This document shows, in pieces, positions 1 to 8,033 of a DNA stretch of 64,000 bases. Below the pieces are notes generated by a model that saw only the letters and a list, made by a program, of their open reading frames with translations, ran no database searches and was not told where the DNA came from. The stretch lies in IMG/VR virus record IMGVR_UViG_3300021388_000002; one strand, written 5' to 3'. Every line of letters starts with the position of its first letter. Position 1 is the first letter of the stretch. Both the position numbers and the translations under genes were made by a program. This DNA is from a virus (lineage: Duplodnaviria > Heunggongvirae > Uroviricota > Caudoviricetes).

Positions 1-64
1 CCAGCACCCGCCGCTTGCTGACCGCACGCCACCGGAGGAATTCCGGGATCACCTGCCCGCCATC

Positions 65-703
65 GTGGCCGCCGCGGTCATGACGGTGGCCATCTCGTTC
101 CTGGGCTCGCTGCTGGGCTCGGCGGGCACCATCGGCGGGCTGGCCCTGGGCTCGCTGCTGTCCGGTACCGGCAGCTGGTACGGCGAGCGCGGCATCCGGC
201 TGGCCGCGGCGAAGGCGAAGGCCCGGCGGGAGGCGGCCCGGCGCAAGGGCGCACCGCTGAGCCCGCACGAGACCCAGGTGATCGGCCTGCGGGTGGAACG
301 CGAGCGTCGGCACCTGAGCCGCCGGCTGCCCCTGGTCCTCGCGGCCGGCATCGGGGCGGGCGCCCTGCTCGCGGGCGGCCTGGTGATCATGTCCACCCAG
401 GCTGCCACCGGCCGCACCGTATCCGAGGTCGTCCAGGGACGCCCAGCCGTGCCCAGCCGCAGCCAGCCGCGTCCCCCGGCGTCCCTGCCCGCGCCGGCCA
501 GCTCGCCAGCTGCCAGCGCGCCGTCTGCTGCGGCGCCCTCTGCCAGCGCGCGCCCTGACACCTCGCCATCTGCCAGCCAGCAGCCAGCCAGCAGCCAGCC
601 GCCAGCCAGTGTCACCGCATCCGGCAGTGCCACGGCGTCACCGGGCGCATCGCCGTCAGCTGCGGTCACGCCCGCGGCGACCGCTACAGGAGGCCAGCCA
701 TGA
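65..703 (+). CDS. Membrane protein with Ser/Pro/Ala-rich C-terminal tail
   Basis: Two hydrophobic segments then a low-complexity SPA tail; stop overlaps the next ATG (ATGA at 700-703). Confidence 0.6.
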   Translation: MAAAVMTVAISFLGSLLGSAGTIGGLALGSLLSGTGSWYGERGIRLAAAKAKARREAARRKGAPLSPHETQVIGLRVERERRHLSRRLPLVLAAGIGAGALLAGGLVIMSTQAATGRTVSEVVQGRPAVPSRSQPRPPASLPAPASSPAASAPSAAAPSASARPDTSPSASQQPASSQPPASVTASGSATASPGASPSAAVTPAATATGGQP

Positions 704-897
704 GAATGCCGTTTGAGATGCTGATGGAGCGCGTGATCGCCCTGGGCCCTGATGCCGGGGAGGTCACGATGGGCGAGCTGGCCCAGCTCTGGGGCGAGCC
801 CGTGAGCCGGATCGCTGATGCAATAACCGCTGTGCGGGTGCTCCAGGGCGAGCGGACCTATATCCCTGTTACCGAGCAGAGGGGGAGCAGTACATGA
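700..897 (+). CDS. Small hypothetical protein
   Basis: ATGA coupling to upstream gene, GC-rich codon usage. Confidence 0.55.
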   Translation: MRMPFEMLMERVIALGPDAGEVTMGELAQLWGEPVSRIADAITAVRVLQGERTYIPVTEQRGSST

Positions 898-916
898 TGC
901 TGGTGACCTTGCACCT

Positions 917-946
917 GTGAAGATCTTCGCCGGGCACGACGGCGGA
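917..946 (+). pseudogene. Orphaned N-terminal codons (VKIFAGHDGG) of the glycosyltransferase, cut off by the HNH insertion
   Basis: GTG AAG ATC TTC GCC GGG CAC GAC GGC GGA matches IRVFAGHDGG at 1623-1652; 11-nt identity cacgacggcgg. Confidence 0.65.
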
Positions 947-961
947 ACTTTTCTTTTCTAT

Positions 962-967
962 TACACT
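962..967 (+). promoter_or_regulatory. -10 box TACACT, probably a leaderless HNH transcript
   Basis: TANNNT hexamer 5 nt before ATG 973, no SD. Confidence 0.55.
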
Positions 968-972
968 AAAGT

Positions 973-1698
973 ATGCCTGGACGCTTGTGGACACCTGAAG
1001 AATACCGGGAACTTCGCGCAGCATATGTACGAGATAGTCCTATGGCCACGATAGCTATCGCCAAATACCTCCAGAGGTCGGTCAAAAGCGTGCAGATGCA
1101 TGCATTTCAACTTGGCCTTGAAAGGAACATAGGCAGGAAACGGCCTGATCCCAGGCTGGCGCCGGGTGATATTGTCGGCCGCTACAGGGTTATTAGCATT
1201 CTTCACTGGGAGCCGGCGAAGGAACGCGGATACGTGTATCTTTGCGAGAACACGTCTTGTGGTTGCAAGTCGGAGTTCCTGGATTCTACAGGTTATCGCA
1301 TGACTGGCGTAAAACCACGCTGTCGCTGCGCCATAGTGATACGGAATCCCGGCAAGAACTACATTAGATGGCAGTGGGACTACAAAGGAAAGACAGTCTC
1401 GGTAAACGAGCATCAGATCGTGATGGAAGGGCTGCTAGGCCGTCCGCTGTTGCCGGGAGAGAACGTGCACCATAAGAACGGCATACGGAACGATAATCAG
1501 CCACACAATCTGGAACTGTGGTCCGTGACGCAGCCCCCAGGGCAGCGTGTTGAGGACAGGACCGCCTGGGCTATCGAATGGCTTCGTACTTACGCGCCTG
1601 AAGTACTGGCTGAGGAGAAAAAATTAGGGTTTTTGCAGGTCACGACGGCGGCTCCGGCTGCAGCTATTACCGGATGGAGCTGCCGCTGCGCGAGATGA
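973..1698 (+). CDS. HNH homing endonuclease (free-standing)
   Basis: VHHKNGIRNDN..NLELW HNH motif, CxxxxC zinc knuckle, lower GC than neighbours. Confidence 0.9.
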   Translation: MPGRLWTPEEYRELRAAYVRDSPMATIAIAKYLQRSVKSVQMHAFQLGLERNIGRKRPDPRLAPGDIVGRYRVISILHWEPAKERGYVYLCENTSCGCKSEFLDSTGYRMTGVKPRCRCAIVIRNPGKNYIRWQWDYKGKTVSVNEHQIVMEGLLGRPLLPGENVHHKNGIRNDNQPHNLELWSVTQPPGQRVEDRTAWAIEWLRTYAPEVLAEEKKLGFLQVTTAAPAAAITGWSCRCAR

Positions 1699-2657
1699 TG
1701 CACGCCAGCGAGGACATCGAGGTGACCTTCGCCGACGCCGGGGACCGGCACCACCCGCCCTCGGTCACGCTGTCCATGCTGGCGGGTTATGACGTGATCG
1801 TGGCCCAGCGCTGGAACACGCACAAGGGCCTGGGCGTGTGGCGCCGGGCCCGCGGGCCGTTCAGCCGGACCGTGTACGAGCTGGACGACGACGTCTTCTC
1901 GATCACCCCGGAGAACTGGAACGCCTACCGGCTCTACCAGCGCCCCGACATCCGGGACGCGATCGAGCACGCCGCGGCCACCGCGGACCTGGTGACGGTG
2001 AGCACCGAGCCGCTGGCCGCGGTCATGCGTGCCTTCAGCGATCACGTGACGGTGCTGCCCAACTGCATCCCGGGCTGGGCCACCGCCATGAAGCGCACGC
2101 TCCGGGACCGGCCGCGGGTGGGCTGGAGCGGCGGGGCCAGCCACGGTGTGGACATCGGCCAGGTGGCCGCGCCCATCCGCCGGTTCCTGCGCCGGTTCAG
2201 CGGCTGGGACGCCCAGCTCGGCGGCACCGACTACCGGGCCACCATCCGCGCCCCGGCGGACCGGATGTTCTACCAGCCCTGGGTGCAGATCAACGACAAC
2301 CCCACCCGGTACTTCGCCGGGATTGATTTCGACATCGGCCTGTGCCCGCTGTACCCGACCACGTTCAGCGCCTCCAAGTCCGGGATCAAGGCGATCGAGT
2401 TCGGGGCGCGCGGCATCCCGGTGATCGCGAGCGACTGCCCGGCCTACCGCGGCGTGATCACCCACGGCGTCAGCGGCTTCCTGGTTAAGCAGGAGCACGA
2501 ATGGCTTAAATACATGAGCGAGCTGGCCGCCGATAATAACCTGCGCGCAACTATGGGCGCCGCCGCCCGCCAGATGGCGCGCCAGCACCTGATCGAGGAT
2601 CACTGGGTCCGCTGGCGGGATGCCTACGCCGGGCTGTTCAGCAGCGGGGCGCCATGA
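1623..2657 (+). CDS. GT-B glycosyltransferase (GT4-like); frame is open from ATT 1623, first ATG at 1674
   Basis: AGHDGGSGCSYYR N-terminus, YELDDD, DIGLCPL...SKSGIKAIEFGARGIPVIASD motifs. Confidence 0.85.
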   Translation: MRVFAGHDGGSGCSYYRMELPLREMMHASEDIEVTFADAGDRHHPPSVTLSMLAGYDVIVAQRWNTHKGLGVWRRARGPFSRTVYELDDDVFSITPENWNAYRLYQRPDIRDAIEHAAATADLVTVSTEPLAAVMRAFSDHVTVLPNCIPGWATAMKRTLRDRPRVGWSGGASHGVDIGQVAAPIRRFLRRFSGWDAQLGGTDYRATIRAPADRMFYQPWVQINDNPTRYFAGIDFDIGLCPLYPTTFSASKSGIKAIEFGARGIPVIASDCPAYRGVITHGVSGFLVKQEHEWLKYMSELAADNNLRATMGAAARQMARQHLIEDHWVRWRDAYAGLFSSGAP

Positions 2658-2785
2658 GGTTCCGGATCACCTACTGCGACGAGCGGGGCCAGGAGATCGC
2701 GGTAATCGAGGTCACCGCCACGGACAAGGCGGCGATCCCGCTGGACGCCCAGTACCTCCGGGTCCAGGCAGTGCCCGGAAGCTGA
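2654..2785 (+). CDS. 43-aa hypothetical protein
   Basis: ATGA overlap with glycosyltransferase stop; GC-rich third positions. Confidence 0.5.
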   Translation: MRFRITYCDERGQEIAVIEVTATDKAAIPLDAQYLRVQAVPGS

Positions 2786-2801
2786 GCAGGGGCCTCGCCG
2801 G

Positions 2802-3086
2802 TCAGCTGGCGACCGGCAGCACGTCCGGCAGGTGCGCCGCGGGCACGGGCACGGGCGGCCCGTCCGGCCACAGGATGCGCCGGATCGCCGCGGCCCGGAT
2901 CAGCCGCTGCCGCCCCGGGGTGCGGATGTAGTCATCGGGGGCGAGCTTGCCCTGGTCGCACCAGCGCGTGACCGTGCTGGCGCTGACCCGCAGCAGTACG
3001 GCAACTTCAGCTGGGCGCAGGAACCCGTCCTTCTCGGACAGGCGCTGCCACAGCTGCTCCCCCGTTGCGATCTGCGTTTCCGTCAT
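2802..3086 (-). CDS. BldC-like / excisionase-type MerR HTH DNA-binding protein
   Basis: LRPAEVAVLLRVSASTVTRWCDQGKL...IRTPGRQR resembles the BldC/HTH_17 signature. Confidence 0.75.
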   Translation of the reverse strand: MTETQIATGEQLWQRLSEKDGFLRPAEVAVLLRVSASTVTRWCDQGKLAPDDYIRTPGRQRLIRAAAIRRILWPDGPPVPVPAAHLPDVLPVAS

Positions 3087-3092
3087 AGGCGT

Positions 3093-3098
3093 ACGATA
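3093..3098 (-). promoter_or_regulatory. -10 box TATCGT, leaderless transcript of the BldC-like gene
   Basis: TANNNT 6 nt before ATG 3086. Confidence 0.5.
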
Positions 3099-3269
3099 CC
3101 GGCCGGCTGCATGATTTCACGGGGTTTCCGGGGTGGCGGGCGCTGCACCTGGGTATACCGCAGATGAGGACCAGGTGCGGATGGACTGGCTCGCGTGGGC
3201 CAGGAGTTCCGGCAGAGCCCCCCGATGGCCCCCGCTGGGCAGCCAGCTCACGGGGGCTCTGCTGTGCCT

Positions 3270-3461
3270 TCAGGCGGCCATGAACCCCGGCGGGGTGCCC
3301 GGGTCCGGCTCACCAGGCTCCGGCTCACCAGGCTCCGGCTCCCACTCCGGCGGGTCATACAGCAGCCGCGTGGCGACCGCGAGGGCGAGAACGGCACCGG
3401 CTACCGCTGTGCCCGCCACCGCCAGGGCAGTGAGCACCACGCGCCGGGAGGGCAGCGTCAT
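3270..3461 (-). CDS. Small membrane protein with EP/GEP repeats
   Basis: N-terminal hydrophobic helix, acidic Pro-rich tail. Confidence 0.5.
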   Translation of the reverse strand: MTLPSRRVVLTALAVAGTAVAGAVLALAVATRLLYDPPEWEPEPGEPEPGEPDPGTPPGFMAA

Positions 3462-3597
3462 AGCGGCAGCGTAGCCTTCTCCTGGCCCGGCCCGCAGCCG
3501 GCCAGGGAGAAGGGCCGGGCCCGGCCGGCCTGGGCAAGGCAGCCAGGTTGCGCCCGGCGGGGCCCGGCAAGGGCAGGAAGGTCAGTCCCGCGCTCTT

Positions 3598-3831
3598 TCA
3601 GGATGCCTGCTGGGCGGCCTGCGCGCCAGCCCCCGCCGGGCGGCGCCGCAGCGGGTGGTGCCGCCCGTACAGCCGGGTGACCCGGATGCGGCTGGCGATA
3701 CCGGGCAGCAGCGCGGCGTGCCGGTACGCCTTCAGCAGCGCGGCGGGCAGGCTGGCCGCGGTCACGCCGAACAGCAGCGTCCGGTTGCCGGGATAGGTGA
3801 CCTGCACCTGCCAGTGCCGTGTCTTTGCCAT
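3598..3831 (-). CDS. Hypothetical protein
   Basis: ATG 3831 with upstream AGGGG; coding-like codon usage. Confidence 0.45.
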   Translation of the reverse strand: MAKTRHWQVQVTYPGNRTLLFGVTAASLPAALLKAYRHAALLPGIASRIRVTRLYGRHHPLRRRPAGAGAQAAQQAS

Positions 3832-3932
3832 GATCGTCCCCTGCTGTGGTGGCGGCGCGGGAACGGTGCTGGCCGCCACCCCGCGGACGGGATGGCGGCC
3901 AGCGGCCCGGCGGGCCCTTGCGGGCTTCCAGG

Positions 3933-5579
3933 CTACAGCCGCCCGGCCGAGTGGTCGGCCAGCAGCACCGGGACCGCCGCGTCGAACCCGGAGACGTCCA
4001 GCGTGCCCGGGTCGGCCGGGTCGGCCACCGAGATGCGCGTCGGCACCGTCGCGACGAACTGCAGCTTCGCGCCGATGCCCATCGTCTGCCGGTAGGCCTC
4101 CAGGGCCTGGTGCGGGTGCGCCTGGCCCACGTTGATCTCACCATCGGTCCAGACGGTGAACGTGTCCACCTCCACCCGGTTCTGCGCGGCCCAGATCATC
4201 GGCAGCGCGATGTTGGTGGCACCCATGGGCAGGTCCGAGACCCGCCGCAGGACGGTGTCCAGCCGCATCCGCGGGGACAGGTCCAGCGGCCGGAACTCGT
4301 GGCTGAACCCGTACACGCCCCAGGCCGGCTCGGTGGCCATGGTAACCAGCGCCATGGCCGCCGTCATCTCCCGCGCCGTGCAGCCGTAGCCGGCCGCGTT
4401 CCAGCCCATCGACGCCGAGATGTCCAGCGCGATCATGGTCCGCTTCCCGGCCGGCTCCACCGCGCCGAAGGCCAGGTAGAACGCATCGGTCAGCGCATCG
4501 GTGACCTGCGGGATGGGCGCCCACCGGCTGGAGCCCTTCTGGCTGCGCCCGGTCGTGTAGACCCGGGCCGCGATCAGCAGCGACATCGGGTGCACCCGCC
4601 CGCGCCGCAGCAGCTCCGCGTCCCGCAGCCGGTCACACACCGCCCGCAGCCGGGCCGACATGGGCGCGATGACATCCAGCCGGGTCAGCGTCGGCAGGTT
4701 CCGGATCAGCGCGGTGATAGGCATGCCCGCATCGACCAGGGCACCCCAGACCTCCGGCATGGCCCGGGCCCCGTCCGGCAGCGCCTCCCACGGCAGCCCC
4801 GGGTAGTCGGCGATCAGCTGCACGTACGCCGCCGCCTTCGCCCGCCGGGCCAGCGCGGAGCCGGACGCCCGCTCGATGTCGCGCGCCCGCAGGTAAGCCC
4901 GGACCCAGTCTGGCATCAGCTCATCCGGCACCACGCCCGAGGTGACCCAGGCGAACAGCCGGCTGTGCATCTCCATGACGGTGCCGTCCGGCAGGGCCGG
5001 GTACGGGTGCGCCAGCCGCAGGATGTCGGCGTGCGTCCAGCCGTCCCGCTGCCGGTACTTGACCAGCTGGTAGGCCAGCGCGTCCGGGTCGCGGCCCAGG
5101 TACCAGGACGACACCGCCCGCCGGGTCACCGGGCCCCAGCCGCCGAACTGCTCGATGTACTTGCAGAACGTCGCCAGGGCCGAGCCGGTCCGCACGACAG
5201 CCGGGACCGCCCGCTCAGCCGCCCGGCGGCCCTCCGCGGTGGCGCCCAGCTGCAGGGCCGCCGCCAGCGCCAGCAGGGCAGGGGCCTGCCGCGGAGCCCG
5301 GCCCGCGACCGAGATCTGGGTGACCAGGCCCACCAGCTGCCCGGTGCGGTCCCGCGCCCAGGCCAGCACCAGCTCGCCGTTCTCGCGGGTCAGCTGCGCC
5401 TCGTCCACGTAGAACGTGCCGCCCGTGGTGCCCATGGTCAGGAACCGGCGCAGCCGCACCTCGTCAGCGACGGCAAAGCCCCAGCCCCCGGTGTGGTTGG
5501 GCACCTGCCGCGGGTCCGCCTGGACGTGCACAGGCGTAGCGGCGTTGCGGGTCCGGATCAGCTCCAGCGCATCGGTCAT
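3933..5579 (-). CDS. rsr: Ro60/Rsr TROVE-domain RNA-binding protein with vWA domain
   Basis: LRRFLTMGTTGGTFY, YQLVKYRQRDGWTHADILRLAHP, vWA MIALDISASM, FTVWTDGE; GGAGG SD at 5586-5590, so start is ATG 5579. Confidence 0.93.
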   Translation of the reverse strand: MTDALELIRTRNAATPVHVQADPRQVPNHTGGWGFAVADEVRLRRFLTMGTTGGTFYVDEAQLTRENGELVLAWARDRTGQLVGLVTQISVAGRAPRQAPALLALAAALQLGATAEGRRAAERAVPAVVRTGSALATFCKYIEQFGGWGPVTRRAVSSWYLGRDPDALAYQLVKYRQRDGWTHADILRLAHPYPALPDGTVMEMHSRLFAWVTSGVVPDELMPDWVRAYLRARDIERASGSALARRAKAAAYVQLIADYPGLPWEALPDGARAMPEVWGALVDAGMPITALIRNLPTLTRLDVIAPMSARLRAVCDRLRDAELLRRGRVHPMSLLIAARVYTTGRSQKGSSRWAPIPQVTDALTDAFYLAFGAVEPAGKRTMIALDISASMGWNAAGYGCTAREMTAAMALVTMATEPAWGVYGFSHEFRPLDLSPRMRLDTVLRRVSDLPMGATNIALPMIWAAQNRVEVDTFTVWTDGEINVGQAHPHQALEAYRQTMGIGAKLQFVATVPTRISVADPADPGTLDVSGFDAAVPVLLADHSAGRL

Positions 5580-5639
5580 GGCGCACCTCCTGTCGTGCGG
5601 TTCGTGCTGCGGTCGTGCGGGCTGAGGGCGCAGGGCCCC

Positions 5640-5718
5640 GCGAGCGAAAAGCGGCAGCCGGGCTGTTTTCACAGATTCCTTTGGATGAGAAAGGTGAGAA
5701 CCGGTCACCATCCGGCCC
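5640..5718 (-). ncRNA. Y-RNA-like gene 4 (short, no tRNA module)
   Basis: 5' GGGCCGGAUGGUGACCGGUU pairs with 3' CCGGCUGCCGCUUUUCGCUC; termini shared with the three upstream copies. Confidence 0.6.
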
Positions 5719-5748
5719 GCGGGGGCCCTGCGTCTTCAGTTGTGCCTG

Positions 5749-5873
5749 GCAAGCAAAGTGCGGCTACCGGGTTTTACGCGCTCTGCCGTTGAGCTACCGG
5801 GGTCACTGACCCCAGGCGGGACTCGAACCCGCAACCTCGCCATCCACAGTGGGTAACCGGTTGCCATCCGGCC
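5749..5873 (-). ncRNA. yrlA: YrlA-type Y RNA with permuted tRNA module (T arm, closed acceptor stem, D arm)
   Basis: GCGGG-UUCGAGU-CCCGC, CUGGGGUCA/UGACCCCGG, UAGCUCAACGGCAGAGC, enclosed by a GGCAACCGG/CCGGUAGCC stem; upstream of Ro60. Confidence 0.85.
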
Positions 5874-5892
5874 TGCCAGGTAAAGCGAGCTG

Positions 5893-5995
5893 GCGAGCGA
5901 AGCGCGAAGACCGGGTTCCCCGCCCTGCGGGGAGGGCCAGGTTTTATCCCGGCCCGGTGGAATCGAACCATCGGTAACCAGCCTTCATCCGGCCC
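5893..5995 (-). ncRNA. Y-RNA-like gene 2 (T-loop hairpin only)
   Basis: 5' GGGCCGGAUGAAGGCUGGUU pairs with AACCCGGUCUUC; contains UGGUUCGAUUCCA; 3' GCUUCGCUC. Confidence 0.65.
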
Positions 5996-6016
5996 GCCAG
6001 CAAATCGTGAGGAGAC

Positions 6017-6117
6017 GGGCGAAAGCTGAGCACCGGCTAGACCCCTGGAAGGGGCTGGGGCTTCACAGACCCCGGGTGGGCTTGCGCCCTGGCGTGATAA
6101 CCGCCGCTCTCCGGCCC
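6017..6117 (-). ncRNA. Y-RNA-like gene 1
   Basis: 5' GGGCCGGAGAGCGGCGGUUA pairs with UAGCCGGUGCUC; 3' GCUUUCGCCC. Confidence 0.6.
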
Positions 6118-6132
6118 GTCTCCAGGCCTGAT

Positions 6133-6149
6133 CCATAGCGTGAGCATCA
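6133..6149 (+). repeat. 17-bp motif CCATAGCGTGAGCATCA, copy 1 (inverted copy at 19484-19500)
   Basis: Exact 17/17 match. Confidence 0.85.
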
Positions 6150-6168
6150 TTACGCGATTCGCGTATTG

Positions 6169-6207
6169 TGGCCCCGGCGGGACTCGAACCCGCACACCCG
6201 GCTTAGG
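6169..6207 (-). pseudogene. 3' half of split tRNA-Arg(CCT)
   Basis: CCTAA GCCGG GTGT GCGGG TTCGAGT CCCGC CGGGGCC A; acceptor strand matches the 5' half at 6712-6744. Confidence 0.85.
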
Positions 6208-6279
6208 TTGGCCCGGCGGGACTCGAACCCGCACGCACGACTTAGGGGGTCGCCGCTCTATCCTCTGAGCTACGAGCCA
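6208..6279 (-). tRNA. tRNA-Arg(CCT), nested copy, C33
   Basis: Cloverleaf, loop CC CCT AA, U1-A72; overlapped by the endonuclease 3' end. Confidence 0.8.
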
Positions 6280-6688
6280 TTGGGTCTAGCAGGTATGCCG
6301 CAGCGTCCCTAGTACCTAGAGACTGGTTATTGCGGGCAGGCTGCAGTCTAAGGGCGACCGTGCGCCTGTAACCAGCTACATCTTCAATAGGGATCAGATA
6401 GACCTGGCTTAGAGCGGCTAGATAAACCCCGAAAAGATCAACTTGGCCCTCGTAACACTTACGCGGCGATCCGGGCCCCGAACTGGAGACATTGAACTCT
6501 AGCGCCGAACCGTCCCTCACCAGGCGTGCTGTTTTGCACTGAACCCGCTTGAACTGGCCGCTCGACTCAATGACCAGGTCATACCGCGTAACCCCAAATG
6601 GCACGAGCACGTTGTAGCCAGCATGCAGCAAGACCGAGAGAATAGCGCCTTCAGTCCGTGCACCCTTCTCATTGGTAGTGAGGGCCAT
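6242..6688 (-). CDS. PD-(D/E)XK endonuclease, I-Ssp6803I-like
   Basis: KGARTE...YDLVI...RVQCKT...YEGQVDLFGVY; stop codon lies in the anticodon loop of the nested tRNA. Confidence 0.85.
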   Translation of the reverse strand: MALTTNEKGARTEGAILSVLLHAGYNVLVPFGVTRYDLVIESSGQFKRVQCKTARLVRDGSALEFNVSSSGPGSPRKCYEGQVDLFGVYLAALSQVYLIPIEDVAGYRRTVALRLQPARNNQSLGTRDAAAYLLDPMARSSEDRAATP

Positions 6689-6695
6689 GGTTTAT

Positions 6696-6701
6696 AGACT
6701 A
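6696..6701 (-). promoter_or_regulatory. -10 box TAGTCT for the endonuclease (leaderless)
   Basis: 7 nt before ATG 6688. Confidence 0.5.
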
Positions 6702-6711
6702 CCAGCTAGCT

Positions 6712-6744
6712 GGCCGTGGCTCTGATCCATTGAGCTACGGGGCC
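6712..6744 (-). pseudogene. 5' half of split tRNA-Arg(CCT)
   Basis: GGCCCCG TA GCTC AATGGATCA GAGC C ACGGC C, then unrelated sequence. Confidence 0.85.
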
Positions 6745-6935
6745 AGAAGTCCCAGCTTGTCCCCGCTTGTCCCAGCGTCTTGCGGGCCAGGCCGCCACGG
6801 TGTGAAAGTGAACGTGTGCAGCCGGTCTGCTCCGGATCTGTGCGGATAGTGAAACGGTCCCGCCCTGTGGTCCCGGTAACCGGGATTCCTGGCAAATCAG
6901 GGCGGGACCAAAATTCCGGGCGCCCGGAAAATCAG

Positions 6936-7008
6936 AGGCGGGGCGGGGAATCGAACCCCGGTGCGGCGCTTTGCAGGCGCCTGCCTATCCAGACTCGGCC
7001 ACACCGCC
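6936..7008 (-). tRNA. tRNA-Cys(GCA)
   Basis: Cloverleaf, loop CT GCA AA, U73. Confidence 0.9.
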
Positions 7009-7013
7009 AGGAA

Positions 7014-7141
7014 GTGAGAGCAGCAGAGAAGTCCCGTCTAACCTGCCGCTTTGCCGCCGGAGACACCCGGCTTTCGGTATAACCGCCGCTGAGGTACCCG
7101 TCACAGCCCTCTACACATGACGGCAGGCTCGCTGCTCTCAC
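7014..7141 (-). ncRNA. Structured spacer RNA, unknown class
   Basis: Perfect 11-bp terminal stem GTGAGAGCAGC/GCTGCTCTCAC plus inner CCTGCCG/CGGCAGG; fills the Arg-Cys spacer. Confidence 0.5.
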
Positions 7142-7143
7142 CG

Positions 7144-7215
7144 TGCGCCCAGCGGGACTCGAACCCACATCGCCGGCTCCGGAGGCCGGTGCCCTATCCA
7201 TTGAACGATGGGCGC
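7144..7215 (-). tRNA. tRNA-Arg(CCG)
   Basis: Cloverleaf, CCGGC CT CCG GA GCCGG. Confidence 0.92.
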
Positions 7216-7265
7216 GTAAAATCGTGCTATTGCTGGCGGCCCTCCCACGGGACTGGCCGCCGTTC

Positions 7266-7634
7266 TCATGCTCTCTCAGCCGCCAGGTCGTGCTGACCGG
7301 GCCGCCGCCGGGGCACGTGCAGGGCCAGGATGCCGTGCTCATTCAGCAGGTCGCACACGTCGGCCCGGTCGTCGTAGTAGACCCCGATGCCCAGCGACAG
7401 GCACAGCTCCAGCTTGAGCGCGGGCGACTCGCGCGGGTGCGCGAACCAGACCTCGTGCACGGCGGTGCAGGTGATCCCGCGGGCGGCCACATCAGCGGCG
7501 ACCGTGCCACGGGTCCGGTCCCCGACCCCGGAGATGACGTAGACCTCGTGCCCGGCCGCCATCAGCGCGGCGGACAGGTCGCGGAAGTACGGCCAGTGGC
7601 TGCAGACCTGCCAGTAGTCCAGGCCGATCCGCAT
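7266..7634 (-). CDS. Small HAD-like hypothetical protein
   Basis: MRIGLDYW motif-I-like start, YYDDR motif-IV-like, ATG 7634. Confidence 0.6.
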   Translation of the reverse strand: MRIGLDYWQVCSHWPYFRDLSAALMAAGHEVYVISGVGDRTRGTVAADVAARGITCTAVHEVWFAHPRESPALKLELCLSLGIGVYYDDRADVCDLLNEHGILALHVPRRRPGQHDLAAERA

Positions 7635-7650
7635 CTTCTTCTCGTTCACG

Positions 7651-7733
7651 TGGCAGGACCAGGATTTGAACCTGGGAAGCCGAAGCAACCGTTTTACAGA
7701 CGGCCCCTTTTAGCCAGACTCGGGCACCCTGCC
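7651..7733 (-). tRNA. tRNA-Tyr(GTA)
   Basis: Long variable arm, loop CT GTA AA. Confidence 0.9.
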
Positions 7734-7734
7734 T

Positions 7735-7811
7735 TGGGGTGGCTGACCGGACTCGAACCGGCATCCTCTGGACCCACAACCCAGCGCCATAGCCTTTCAG
7801 CCACAGCCACC
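7735..7811 (-). tRNA. tRNA-His(GTG)
   Basis: Encoded G-1, C73 and CCA; loop TT GTG GG. Confidence 0.92.
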
Positions 7812-7812
7812 G

Positions 7813-7885
7813 TGGACGTACCTGGGATCGAACCAGGGACCTTCGCTGTGTGAGAGCGCTGCTCGTTCCGCTGAGCTACACGTCC
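7813..7885 (-). tRNA. tRNA-Val(CAC)
   Basis: Cloverleaf, loop CT CAC AC. Confidence 0.9.
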
Positions 7886-7951
7886 GTGCTGGCAAAACCA
7901 GCTGAATAACAGTTAATTACCGACGAACTTCAGCTAATTAACTGCCATACG

Positions 7952-8023
7952 CGCGCCCAGGAGGACTCGAACCCCCATTGGCGGCTCCGTAGGCCGCAGC
8001 CCTATCCGTTGGACGATGGGCGC
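7952..8023 (-). tRNA. tRNA-Arg(ACG)
   Basis: GCGGC CT ACG GA GCCGC. Confidence 0.92.
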
Positions 8024-8033
8024 TTGTCTTGCG

